In this document: in pieces, positions 52,190 through 64,000 of the stretch
Numbering within the stretch: position 1 is the stretch's first letter
How the letters are laid out: each line of letters begins with the position of its first letter
Notes under the pieces: model-generated
The model's database searches: none
Told to the model about the DNA's origin: nothing
The model's input: the letters and a program-made list of their open reading frames with translations, nothing else
Program-made: the position numbers and the translations under genes
From: Octopus sinensis
Lineage: Eukaryota
Direction of reading: 5' to 3'
NCBI RefSeq assembly: GCF_006345805.1
Contig: NC_043006.1
Span: 97,464,001 to 97,528,000, forward strand
DNA length: 64,000 nt

Positions 52190-53100
52190 TGTCTCTTCTA
52201 TTTTTTAATTATGGTAAATCTTCCACTGAGAAGGGAGCCGGTTTCCAGCAAAGATACATGGCTCCCTCTTTGGGATGTAGTTAACACAGACAAATTCACA
52301 TTGGCAACTTGAGAAAAGGGTTGCATATCTTTACTGTTCCACTCACAGATTACACTTGTAAAATACGAATTAGCCGGTCGATTTCTCTTATTGCTTAAAG
52401 ATTTCTTTTCTTTAAGGATTTACTAGCAAAACCTTGTGCTCCAATTATTATTGGTATGAATATGAATTCATAGTCTGGATATAGAAGCTGGAGGTTTCTA
52501 AGCAGTTGTTCACAGATATACTCTTTTTCTTTGATTTTCAAAGAAATATTTATATCTGCAGGGTAGCTGACCTCTATGATGGTACATATCTTTGCCCCTC
52601 TGTCCCAAACAATAATATCCGGCCTGTTATGTTTACATTTGACAGACGTTTTGATGGGAATATTCCACCAGTATTTCTAGAATTGATGTTTATGAATGTA
52701 TTCCATAACAGAGTGATTTTCTAAGTTTATTTCAAGACAGTCTTTTTTGCGGATGGCATTGTAAATGGTTTTAACAACAGCATTGTGCCGCACGGGGAGG
52801 TACTACCGTGTCGGCATTTTAGGACAGCTGCTAATCACATGCGTGGTGTCTTCCACAGAACCATGACATAGCTTACACATGCGGTTGCACCTGGGGATTA
52901 CAAGAGAGTTACTGTCTCTCTTGTTCACCAAGTACTTTGTGGTAATTTCCTGTTCCTGGATTGCTAACGCATAGCCTTCAAAGTATGATATAAGGTAGTG
53001 GTCTTGTGTCTAAGTGAGGCAGCGCTTCGTGTCAATTCTACTGGCTTCTTCAAGCTTCCGGGAAACATACCCATGCATAGTCTTTTGTCTTTTTTATGCT
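52190..53100 (-). mobile_element. R4/Dong-type LINE 3' end (zinc knuckle, RLE, 3' UTR)
   Basis: CKLCHGSVEDTTHVISSCP, RHNAV, HNRPDIIVWD..IIEVS, FIPIIIGA. Confidence 0.88.
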
Positions 53101-53753
53101 TAGTGCTTTCCATCAAGGACTTCTCTGAGATAAGAGAGCCCAGCTGTTTTGGGGCTGTATAGATCATCAGGAAGAGAGTGCGTCTTGAAGAGCTCACTGC
53201 CAACTCGTACAATGTTGCTCACTTCACTTCCAGCTCTGCATTTATATATTTATTTTTGCTGCCTGAGTGATACCCTACGGCATTCAAAGGTCGTCTGCAC
53301 GGGTCGGTGGTGACCTTGATAGTTTCATTTGTGGTAGTGTTAGTTTCAGCTATAATCGTATTAGCGAGGTTCCACGTGGCGTAGACATATATTTTAAAAT
53401 ATGTTCAGGAGAACGCTACGTTGGCGAGTAAAAGGTGTTTCTCTTATTAATTATTGGAGAAATAAACCAGTTAACGATTTAGGCTGGAAAAGTCTGGCAT
53501 TTTCCTAGAGGAAGGCGTTCAAGACGGACTTTTTAAAGAGTCCTGTACACCTGCACGTCCGATGTTGACGGCGCCATATGTACATATGTATGTATGTGTG
53601 TATGTATATATGTATGCATGCATGTATGTATGTATGTATGTATGTATGTATGTATGTATGTATGTATGTATGTATGTATGTATGTATGTATGTATGTGTA
53701 TGTATGTATGTATGTTGGTATGTATGTATGTATGTGTGTGTATGTATGTATGT

Positions 53754-54120
53754 GGAGGCGCAATGGCCCAGTGGTTAGGGCAACGGACTCGCGGTTTCGT
53801 TTCCCAGACCGGGCATTGTGAGTGTTTATTGAGCGAAAACACCTAAAGCTCCACGAGGCTCCGGCAGGGGGTGGTGGTGAACCCTGCTGTACTCTTTCAC
53901 CACAACTTTCTCTCGCTCTTTCTTCCTGTTTCTCTTGTACCTGTATTTCAAAGGGCCAGCCTTGTCACATTCTGTGTGTCACGCTGAATCTCACTGAGAA
54001 CTATGTTAAGGGTACACGTGTCTGTGGAGTGCTCAGCCACTTGCACGTTAATATCACGAGCAAGCTGTTCCGTTGATCGTATCAGCTGGGACCCTCATCG
54101 TCGCAACCGACGGAGTGCTC
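53754..54120 (+). mobile_element. tRNA(Arg)-like-headed SINE resembling octopus OR-type SINEs, with family C tail
   Basis: ggaggcgcaatggcccagtggttagggc head shared with 60248-60541; inserted in (TATG)n. Confidence 0.88.
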
Positions 54121-55090
54121 CTACATGTATGTATGTGTATGTATGTATGATTGTATGTATATATATGTGTATATATATATGTGTGTGTTTGTGTGTATTA
54201 TACACACACGCGTACTCAACCATGTATCTATTTATTTGTCGGTAGTAACTGTCTGGATGAAGAATATTCGGTAGCATAGAAGAATGCAGGAATAATACAG
54301 AAGTCTCTTATTCTGGGCATTTTTCTGAATATCTTCCAACTCGGACAGACAGGAAATAACCGAATGATGCGAAGGGACTACACGGCATTACGTGTAGTTA
54401 ATAGGCGATGTCATACAAACTGGTTGAATAATTGAACGGCGAAAGTATGTATGTTTGCCATGAAGTGATAATCTAACGCACTGAAGACTGAAAGAAGAAA
54501 GAAATGTAGTGGCTACATACAAACGTACAACTGTAGATTCTTTGTTATAAATCAGTGGAGTAATGGAAAGGACGATATTGAAGAAAATCCAAAGTAATAC
54601 AAACGACCTTACCAAAATTGCATCCAAAATACCAGAGCATGCAAATTAGTTTACATCGTCCGGGCCAATCCAGATTATGGTCCAGTGGATCGCCTCGCTA
54701 TTGTAATTTTGTGTATGGAGTGGAAGATACTGGCCTTCGGAGGGAAGAGGCGTATAACTTCGGGCATTAGACGTATTTAAGATTGAATTTGATTTCGTTG
54801 TTTTGATATCTGATATTTGATTTCGAATTGCTATGTGGGAGTGGACGATTTATATGGTGAAGCGAGATAATAGGAAGGGAGAATTGAAAAAAAAACCCGA
54901 AGTAATACAAAGGGCATTACCAGAATCAATTTCAAGATACCAAAGCAAGTAAATTCCTTTAGATCATCTCGATCCAGTAGCCTGCTTAGCTTTTGCAGTT
55001 TTGGATGTGGAGTGAATATGCTGGCCTTCGGAGGGAAGTGGCGTAAAACTTTAGATGTATTTAGATGTAAAACTTTAGATGTATTTAGCA

Positions 55091-55489
55091 CTAGCAGTAT
55101 CGCCCGGCGTTGCTCGCGTTTGTAAGGGAAATAACTATATAAGCATTTTTAGAGATGTAAAGTATAATAGCCATCTCACTATGGCTAACCACAAAGGGGA
55201 GGGGGTGTTACTGTAGCTTTTTACGTTCTGAGATTTAATAATAAATTTTTAGAGAGTTACTTCCCTTATATATGCAAAAAATGCATTAAAAATGGGAAAA
55301 ATTGATGGTAAATTCTTTTTAAAATCGTAAACTCATCGTAGACACGCGCCAATACCCAGAAGGGCTCGATATGAATCACGACTATAAGATACCCGGTTTT
55401 GGTTAAACTGCACCGCAAAATGTGGGAGTAGTTAGGAATCTAAATCGTAGGAGACAGACAGCACACAACCTTACTTTTATATATAAAGA
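55091..55489 (-). mobile_element. Non-autonomous Helitron, second copy
   Basis: TC...CTAG ends, A|T target site, highly similar to 4067-4463. Confidence 0.9.
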
Positions 55490-55983
55490 TTAGATTTGAT
55501 CTCATTGTTTTGATATTTGACTGAATTTTGTATGCGTCTTGGAACCATAGGGAACATTCTCAAAATCATTACCTCATCTGTTATCACATCAATATTCCAA
55601 TGCCAATTTGTAAGTTGTTACGATATCATCTGCCACTTTCCAACGCGTGCTGGAAGTTTTTTTTTCTTTTTGAGTACTTTTGTTTTGAGTATATTTTTCG
55701 CGTTTTTTTTAAAATTTTATTTCGAAACGCTACGTATTCTAGTTGTTTTTACTCACACTGCTCGAAAATCAGAGAGGAGAAATACGGAAATGCGGCTACT
55801 GAAGTTTTCCGCTTCTACAGAATATTGTGTCATAATATATACATAAATTCATGCGCACACATAGATACATGCATGCATGCATTCATACATACATACATGC
55901 ATACATACATACATACATACATACATACATACATACATACATACATACATACATGCATACATACATATCCATAACATCTATCA

Positions 55984-56082
<99 letters not shown>

Positions 56083-56127
56083 ATCTATCTAATTATCTAA
56101 CACACACAGACACACACACACATACAC

Positions 56128-56177
<50 letters not shown>

Positions 56178-56182
56178 CAATA

Positions 56183-57291
56183 TCTATAAAGCTGAAATGC
56201 GAAAAATTTGTTTGTCTCATTTTGGATTGGGAACGGTAGATGGGGTCGGATTGGCTCCAAAATTTACAGGGACATGTAAAAAGAGGCGTCGAAGAGGTTA
56301 GAAACCCCTATCTCAAAAGCTGTGGTTACTAGGGCAACAAAACCCAGACTTTGACAAGTGTTTGTCGTTTCTCTCTTTCGGATATCGCCCTGTCTTTCTC
56401 GATCTCTCTCTTTCCTTCCTTCCCTCCAATTTCTCTCTATAACGACGTTTGACAGCTTCGTCTCTCTCTGTCACTTTTTCTCCCACCACCTCTCTCATTG
56501 AACGTCTGTCTATATCTATAGAAAGAAAGCGTTGACAGCCGCAAAAGTTTAAATATTCCCGCCACAGGTCTTTTAGAACAGCGAAGTTGAAAGAAATTTC
56601 TCATTTTTACGTATTTTTGCCTTTTATATCTTATTTCTTCTAAAAGAAATTTACAGCTGCATGTAACCCGTGTTTAGAGCTTTCATTTGCATGGTCAATC
56701 GTCGAAAAATTCCCAAAATAAGTACTAAAATTAACAAAGAAATCGTTTTTTTCCTTATTTTTCATCGCTCAAATAGTGAGACGTACAAAAGGCAAGTGTG
56801 CTTTCCGTTGTCACTGCCTGATATTTATGATTGATCATTCAAAATATTTTCTTTCTCAACTTACTCAGGATCTTTTGTTCTTTATAAATGGGAGAGAGAT
56901 AGAGAAAGATAGAGAGTAAGAGAAAGTGTGGGAGAGTCCGAGAGAAAGGAGGAATAAGAGAGTGGGAAAGTAAGAGAGAAAGGAGAGAGAAACAAAGGGG
57001 GAGAATGTGGCGGTAAGAAACAGAAAGGAAAGTAACAATCACACCCTCACCCGCATATATTAGACATTATAAGTATAATTTGATTTTTCCTGAAAAGAAA
57101 AAAATAATAACACAAATCTTTTTAAAGAATGCTTTCTTGATAGCTTTTGTCAAGAATTTTACTCTTTTCGTCAATGCAAATGATTTTCTAGCATATGTAA
57201 TGCCAGCAATTTTATCTATCTGATTTTTCAAGAGGAGAAGGACAGCGCCCATGACCGATTTGCAGAGCGTTTTAAAACGTACAGGTACTAG
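56183..57291 (+). mobile_element. Possible older non-autonomous Helitron (about 1.1 kb)
   Basis: Starts TCTATAAAG after (TA)n; ends with palindrome cgttttaaaacg then ggtaCTAG; single copy, 3' flank is not T. Confidence 0.4.
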
Positions 57292-59593
57292 ATCAACCTA
57301 ATGTATGTGTCTAGAATATATAAATCCTTAAAAATGTTTTAGCCCGAAGGCCGCGGCCATGCTGGGGCACCACCGCCTAATTCTTTAGCATTTTAACCGG
57401 CCGTATCTATTTTATAGTGTAGGGAATTTGGAAGAAGAACCTAAGACTATTGGTTATTTTCAGATCAAAGACCTGATCTGAATACTTGCGATACAGTGTT
57501 CTCTGCTGAAGACTTTAAGACGATAAATATATGATGCTTTTTAAGCGACCGAAATATTAAATTTCTTAAGTTTACCATAACGATTAAACGAGGGGAATGC
57601 AGCGGAATCGGCAGAGCATAGAACAAATCGTCAGGGTGTAATTAGCAACGCTTTTTCATATTATGGTCTCAGAACCTTTCGAACCGATAAAAATAGTATT
57701 AGTTCAGTTCTGGTATCAATTTACTCAGCTCTCCCATTCCGCCAAAGTTATCACTAACGTCCCATACATGGTGAGTCAGATGCCTCTAAGTATTCACATA
57801 TATTACCTTATACTCTAGTTCCAAATAATCTCAATGTTTATGTCACTTTTCATTCTCCTCAGATCGATAAATTAACTGTCATCAATATTCTAGGATCAAA
57901 TTAATCAACAATATGCGTTCCATACAAATTTGTGTCTGAGTCATGTTATATTATTATTCTCAACGTTTTGCCTTCAAACAACCTTCGTTGTCTTGCTGAC
58001 ATACCCAGCTAAGAAAAGGCTTTGGGAGAAATCCTGATGAAGAATCGGGAGTCGGCGCTTAGACATATCTTTAATCTTAGAATTTGTTGTCTTTAGTGGT
58101 ACTTTTTATAATGTATATCCACTATATAACTGTTTTGTGCTTTACATGGTAATTTAAATTGTACATGGTAATTTACTCCTTTCTGTAGCTTCTGAAAAAT
58201 AGTATTATTTTTGTTGTTGTTTGGACAAGGTTAGCTCTGACTAGACCCGTGATTAAAGGCATTCCATTCATACCCTTCTCCTGTCTTTTCCTTCTTAAGG
58301 GCAGTCTAACTTGGATTTCAGTTTTTTTAGCGAGTCGTTTCGTTTTTAAGGCGGTGATGTGTAATATGAAGAAGGTTTACCTGCCTTTTCTTGCAGATCG
58401 AGGGACCACAAAGAGGCTTCTTCTCTGGCTTATGTAATTCTGCTTTGAATCATAGATAATCTTTTAGACTTATTCCTGGGAACCGTAGCAGTCTGCAGTA
58501 GACGAAATAACAATTGCATCAGTGGTTGACTCTGTGTTTTTCTTGTTTTCATAATAATGTAAATTTATGTTTGAACAGAAATTTTGAACTTTTGTCAATA
58601 TATTTATGTCCACTTTACAGTTAAGTGATTCATTGAACACAATACGTAAATATTCTGTAGAGAATTTTTAATATATTTCCCCTAATATTTTCACTAAATA
58701 ATATTATACAGTTAATCATCTCTGTGGTATACAAGAGGTTGAATTTAGTCTTTCAGAATATTTTGCTGTTTTTTATTTATTTATAAACTCATCAACCAGA
58801 GATTACTCACAGATGTATATTTAATTTTTTTCTCTTCTATTTTGTAGTTATTTGTGAAAATAAAGACGAAAAAAAGCCTCAATATCATTTGTAATATAAA
58901 TGATTTGGCATCAATTAATACCACTGGGTATATCATTGACACAAACGATAAATAATAGAAAAAATAAGAGAGCTACACAGAAGAACAATACACTCTATTC
59001 TATTCTGTCTGAAATCGTGCCAATAATTACTGAATCGTTTTCTTTGATTTAAATATGATATGAGCCAAGCATTTTTTAATTAACATTTTTGTAGAGATTT
59101 TGGTTTTTAATTGAATGTTCTGATCCACAATGTTTAAAAGCGTTTTGTATATAAAGTTTCACCGTTGCTGTTTTAAGTTATGAATGAGGTTAAACAAGTC
59201 GTAGTTGAAGTCTGACTGTTAGTGTATACTAAATAGTTTTATTTAATAATTTGGTAGTTTTTGGTGATATACTTTAATTTTATAAAATATATAAAGAGGA
59301 GAAATAGTATGCATAGTCCTTAAATGACCACAGCCCTTGAGTGGCTTTTTTCCACTGGCGATTTTTTGCAATGATGGCTAGATTTCAGAACATTATGTCA
59401 ATATCCGAACATCATGTCAATATCCGAAAAACGTGGGTGCGGGGGAAATTAGGACCTGATCTGTATGACTATCATGGAGTTAACCCTGTTAAAAGCATCC
59501 AAATATCATATAAGGGTGTTACAAGAGACGATGTGTTCAGCTGACTGTCCTTTGTAATAATATATTACACTATACTTACTATGCTGAATCAAA

Positions 59594-59994
59594 TCCTTTC
59601 TACTGAAGGCACAAGCTCTTGAAATTTCGGGGGAGGGGACTAGTCGATTACATAGACCCCAGTGTTTCACTGGTACTGAATTTATAAACCCCGAAAGGGT
59701 GAAAGGCAAAGTCAACTTCAGCGGAATTTGAACTCAGAACGTAAAGACAGACGAAATACCTATTTCTTTACTACCCACAAGGGACTAAACACAGAGAGGA
59801 CAAACTAGGACAGACAAACGGATTAAGTCGATTATATCTATCCCAGTGCGTGACTGGTACTTATTTAATCGACCCCGAAAGGATGAAAGGCAAAATCGAC
59901 CTCGGCGGAATTTGAACTCAGAACGTAACGGCAAACGAAATACTGCTAAGTATTTCGCCCGGTGTGCTAACGTTTCTGCCAGCTCACCGCCTTC
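59594..59994 (-). mobile_element. Family B SINE dimer (head-core-tail1-core-tail2)
   Basis: Junction gaaatacctatttc at 59754-59766, same as in the 26 kb array. Confidence 0.9.
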
Positions 59995-60056
59995 CAAAAT
60001 CTATAGCTAGATAAAGAAACAAAGAAACAGCAACCCCCACCCTCAGAAAAAAACCA

Positions 60057-60200
60057 AGCTGCGTGGTAAGAAGTTTGTTTCCTAACCACATAGTTCCGGG
60101 TTCTGTCCTAGTAAGTGGAACGTTGGACAAGTGTCTTCTACTATAGCTCCAGGCCGACTGAAGCCTTATGAGTGGACGGAAACTGAAAGAAATCCGTCTC

Positions 60201-60254
<54 letters not shown>

Positions 60255-60577
60255 ACGTCACGTTACCAACCTGGCTATCAGATGTTGCTACACATCGCTG
60301 GTCACAATGCACTTCGCATTGTTTTAGCCTTCAAATGACGCCACCCCGCTTGCTAAGCGAGCAGACCGACAGAAGAGTGAGAGAAATTTGTGGCGAAAGT
60401 GTACAGCAAGGATCGTCGGAGCATCGTGGAGCTTTAGGTGTTTTCGCTCAATTAACACTCACAACGCCCGGTCTGGGAATCGAAACCGCGATCCTACGAC
60501 CGCGAGTCCGCTGCCCTAACTACTGGGCCATTGCGCCTCCACATATATATATATATATGTGTGTGTGTGTGTATGTA

Positions 60578-60608
<31 letters not shown>

Positions 60609-60838
60609 ATGCGTGCGCATATGCGTGTGTGTTTGTGTCTGTGTTTGTCCACCACCACTTGGCAACCGGTGTTGGATTGTTAATGCTCCCGTAACTTAGC
60701 GGTCCGGCAAAATATCCCTAGGACAAGTACAAGACTTAGACAAAAAAATAAGCCCTGGTGTCGATTAATTTAACTAAAAATTCTTCAAGGCGGTGCCGCA
60801 GCAGGGCCACAGTCTAATGACTGAAACAAGTAAAATAT
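60057..60838 (+). mobile_element. Family A SINE with a nested OR-type tRNA-SINE (minus, 60248-60541) in its internal microsatellite
   Basis: Family A 5' and 3' halves flank the insert; the insert head has A and B boxes. Confidence 0.85.
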
Positions 60839-61338
60839 GAAATTCTTTTTTATTTCAGGAGAAAAATCATGAAATTTAACAGCAGTCATTAGGGGCCCAG
60901 AAAAAGAAAGGAACAGATAAATCGAGCGGATTATGTTCCTCTTATAAGGTCTAATAATACCAAAACATATCCGATCTGGACATCATACTAACTAACAAAG
61001 ATTAGGCATTCACTTCAGCATGAAAATTATTGAAATCTGCTCTACTGGATTATTTGAGATATTTTCTTTTGTTCGATTTCATTAAAAATTTGTTTTGCTA
61101 ATTGGATGGCAGTTCCTTGTAAACATTTTATCGTAGATATTCTCGCATACAAACATATATATACATACATAAATAATACATACACCCACACATACTTACA
61201 TATAGACGCATGCACAAACATATATGCATGCGCATATATATGTACACACGTGTATTTTATACATTATGTATGTTTATATATATATATATCCATATATATA
61301 TGTATATATATATATGTACATATATGTACACACACATG

Positions 61339-61405
<67 letters not shown>

Positions 61406-61455
61406 CTATATCTATCTATCTATCAATATATATATACACACACACACATGCACAT

Positions 61456-61516
<61 letters not shown>

Positions 61517-61934
61517 ATATATATATACGGATACTTATATTGGGTTAACTCTCGTGTTAATTTTAATTGCTGTAAGATAAACTGATTTAACAGACTGGTT
61601 TATTAAGATACGTATTTGGCATTTTCAGTATTCATGGCACATTTTCTTACAGAATTTCAGTTGTTTCGATATTCACTTCCCTTTCGCTCCAAACGTCTTG
61701 TTTATTTGCGCTAAAATGATCCTATTATATATTCCTTGTAAGCAATTAAGGAATTTCTCACTTGCCTGTGTGAATTCGTGAGTAGAATCCAGGAATGGTG
61801 TCTTTAATTGGAAAGTAATTGTAGAGATATGTGCATTTCAATATCTTTCAAATGTTATTTAACAAAAGTTTTAAATATTTTCCAATTGTTTTGATGACTA
61901 TTGTTGTTTGTCTCGGGTCAGAAATGTTTTTTTT

Positions 61935-62127
61935 TATCTTTTATCTTCTGCTTGTTTCAGTCATTAGACTGCGGCCATGCTGGGACACTGTCTGGAATTT
62001 TTAGTCGAATGAATGAATCGACCCCAGAGCTTCCTTTTTAAAGCCTGATAGTCATTCTATCAGTCACATTTGCCGAACCGTTAAGTTACGGGAATACAAA
62101 CACAACAACACTAGTTGTCAAGGAATG

Positions 62128-62159
<32 letters not shown>

Positions 62160-62162
62160 TAG

Positions 62163-62193
<31 letters not shown>

Positions 62194-62323
62194 CAGGTTT
62201 CTTATATTTTCCGTCGACCAAATCCACTCAAAGCTTTATTCCACCCGAAGCAATAGTAGAAGACTGAACCCTGAACCATGTGGTTGGGAAGCGAGTTTCT
62301 TACCACACAGACACGCCTGCGCC
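61935..62323 (-). mobile_element. Family A SINE, diverged
   Basis: Head ends cacgcctgcgcc; tail ttgtttcagtcattagactgcggcc. Confidence 0.85.
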
Positions 62324-64000
62324 TATTGCGTATACCAATGAGCAATGCCACCTCAGTGTGACCATTCTGCCTGTATTTTAAGGCTTACTATAACTTGGAA
62401 TACAGTATGCAATGTTACTTTTCTCTTTTTAAGACATTAGGATGAAGATACAAAGAAATGCTAACTGTTATTTGAGTTGAGTTGTTATGTAAAGGCCCTT
62501 TCGTTACTCCTTGCATTAAGGTCCAAAGTGCTAAGTTCGTGTAATCGTATCCATAATGGTTTGCATACGAACTCATTCAATATTAAAATGATTGTATTTT
62601 ACGTTTTTCATACATCCCTGTAATTTACTCCTCTATGAAACGTTCATGTTACTTAAATTTGTTTATTTTGTATTTTTGTTGTTTTTGTATACTTGTTATT
62701 TTTATCCTGCATGATAACAATTGCAAAAAATGTAATGAATGAGAATTTTTAACACATACTAAATAATAAATAACTTTGGCGTGTTCCTTATTCTGAAAGA
62801 TTTTACAAGCAAAACAGTTGAATTCATTATCGATATTATTTTGCTTCGAAAATCTTCCATAATTATTGTTCGGTATCAACTATAATTTTTTTCTCCAATC
62901 TTATTCTCCAAAATGTTTATAGAGTTCTGTCTGTTATCTTCCTTGCGTAGTCACATTATCTTTATTTTTATGTTAATCATAATTATATTTTCTTGTATTT
63001 CATATGTAATAGTTAAACATTTACACTTATTTTTATCACTCATGATTTTGTTACCGTTTCTTCCTTATTGATACATGATTGATTATTACTTATGGGGTTT
63101 TTTCTCATTCATGAAGGGTTTTCAAATCTTACTTGTAGTTTATTTTATATGTTTCAAAAAGTTACTATCTTCTGGTATTTTTTGCAATACCAGTATAGAG
63201 AGCTCCCCAAATTATTTTCTTTCAAAGATTAATTTCTCTAATATCTTATCTTGAATTTCTCCTAAAACAAGAATCACATATTTTGTAAAATTACAATAAA
63301 ATGAATATAAGCTTTGTTTCAAGAAGATAAAATATCAATTTAATATTTACCTGATAGATATTTTTCTTTCGATATATTTTAAACACCTTCTTATATAGTG
63401 TATCTGCCACTCTTCCATCTATCTTCTTTCCTTCAGAAATAAATTTTCTATACAACACATGAATTTGAACACTGAATTATTTCTCTCCTTTTTGAGGATG
63501 GTAGCGGTAGCTTGGTGGAAAAGGATGCAGCTGACGTTAAATTTTAAATACATGCAAGTTTATATTAAGAAAACATAGGCTTTGTGAGAATCTTATAGAA
63601 AGGCAGCCTTGTGGAACGCATTAGGAGTGATTAGAAGCAGCGATGGTGTGGGCTTTGAAAACGAAATTACTTTCCATGGTTAAAATAAATAAGAAATATT
63701 CCAGAAAATAGACATCCTAGCAGGAGACAGTCAGCGTTGCAACTGCAGAAGACAGCTTCTTTATGGAATAAACATATCTTTAAAAAGAATCTATTCAAAA
63801 GAGAAGAAATTAATCAGACTAACATAAACTAAAGTAAACTAAAGTTATATTCCGTGTATATGGACAGCTTTAAAAGACAACCCCAAAATTTACATGTTGC
63901 ACAATGTGGTAACCAAGATTTAAGAAATGAAATCGATATGGTCAATAGACAAACACCAGCCAGGATAAAATATATTCAGAGCAACCAGCGGAGTTATACA

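Noticed and set aside
60470-60541. Functional tRNA-Arg gene
   Set aside because: Runs into a SINE body and the head is shared with 53754; it is a SINE head

Overview
AT-rich, microsatellite-dense eukaryotic DNA. The tRNA-derived SINE families point to a coleoid cephalopod, most likely Octopus (inference from recalled repeat families). Almost all long ORFs in the supplied track are microsatellite artefacts or decayed transposons. Repeats present: four R4/Dong-type RLE LINE remnants (one near full length), CR1 and RTE fragments, one Tc1 and two mariner elements with TIRs, hAT and Helitron-helicase fossils, non-autonomous Helitrons, a MITE with an 8-bp TSD, and dozens of SINEs. Less ordinary signals: (1) five short + strand exons (9980-45746) that splice in phase into one Cys-containing reading frame I cannot assign; (2) a tRNA-headed SINE-like element carrying a canonical minimal hammerhead ribozyme, plus other hammerhead motifs in Penelope-like termini; (3) a recurring palindrome + short tail architecture in unrelated sequences; (4) a SINE forming head-[core-tail1]n-core-tail2 multimers with a fixed junction; (5) several local inverted duplications, one bracketing a candidate exon. 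All analysis was by eye; boundaries of decayed elements and percent identities are approximate.
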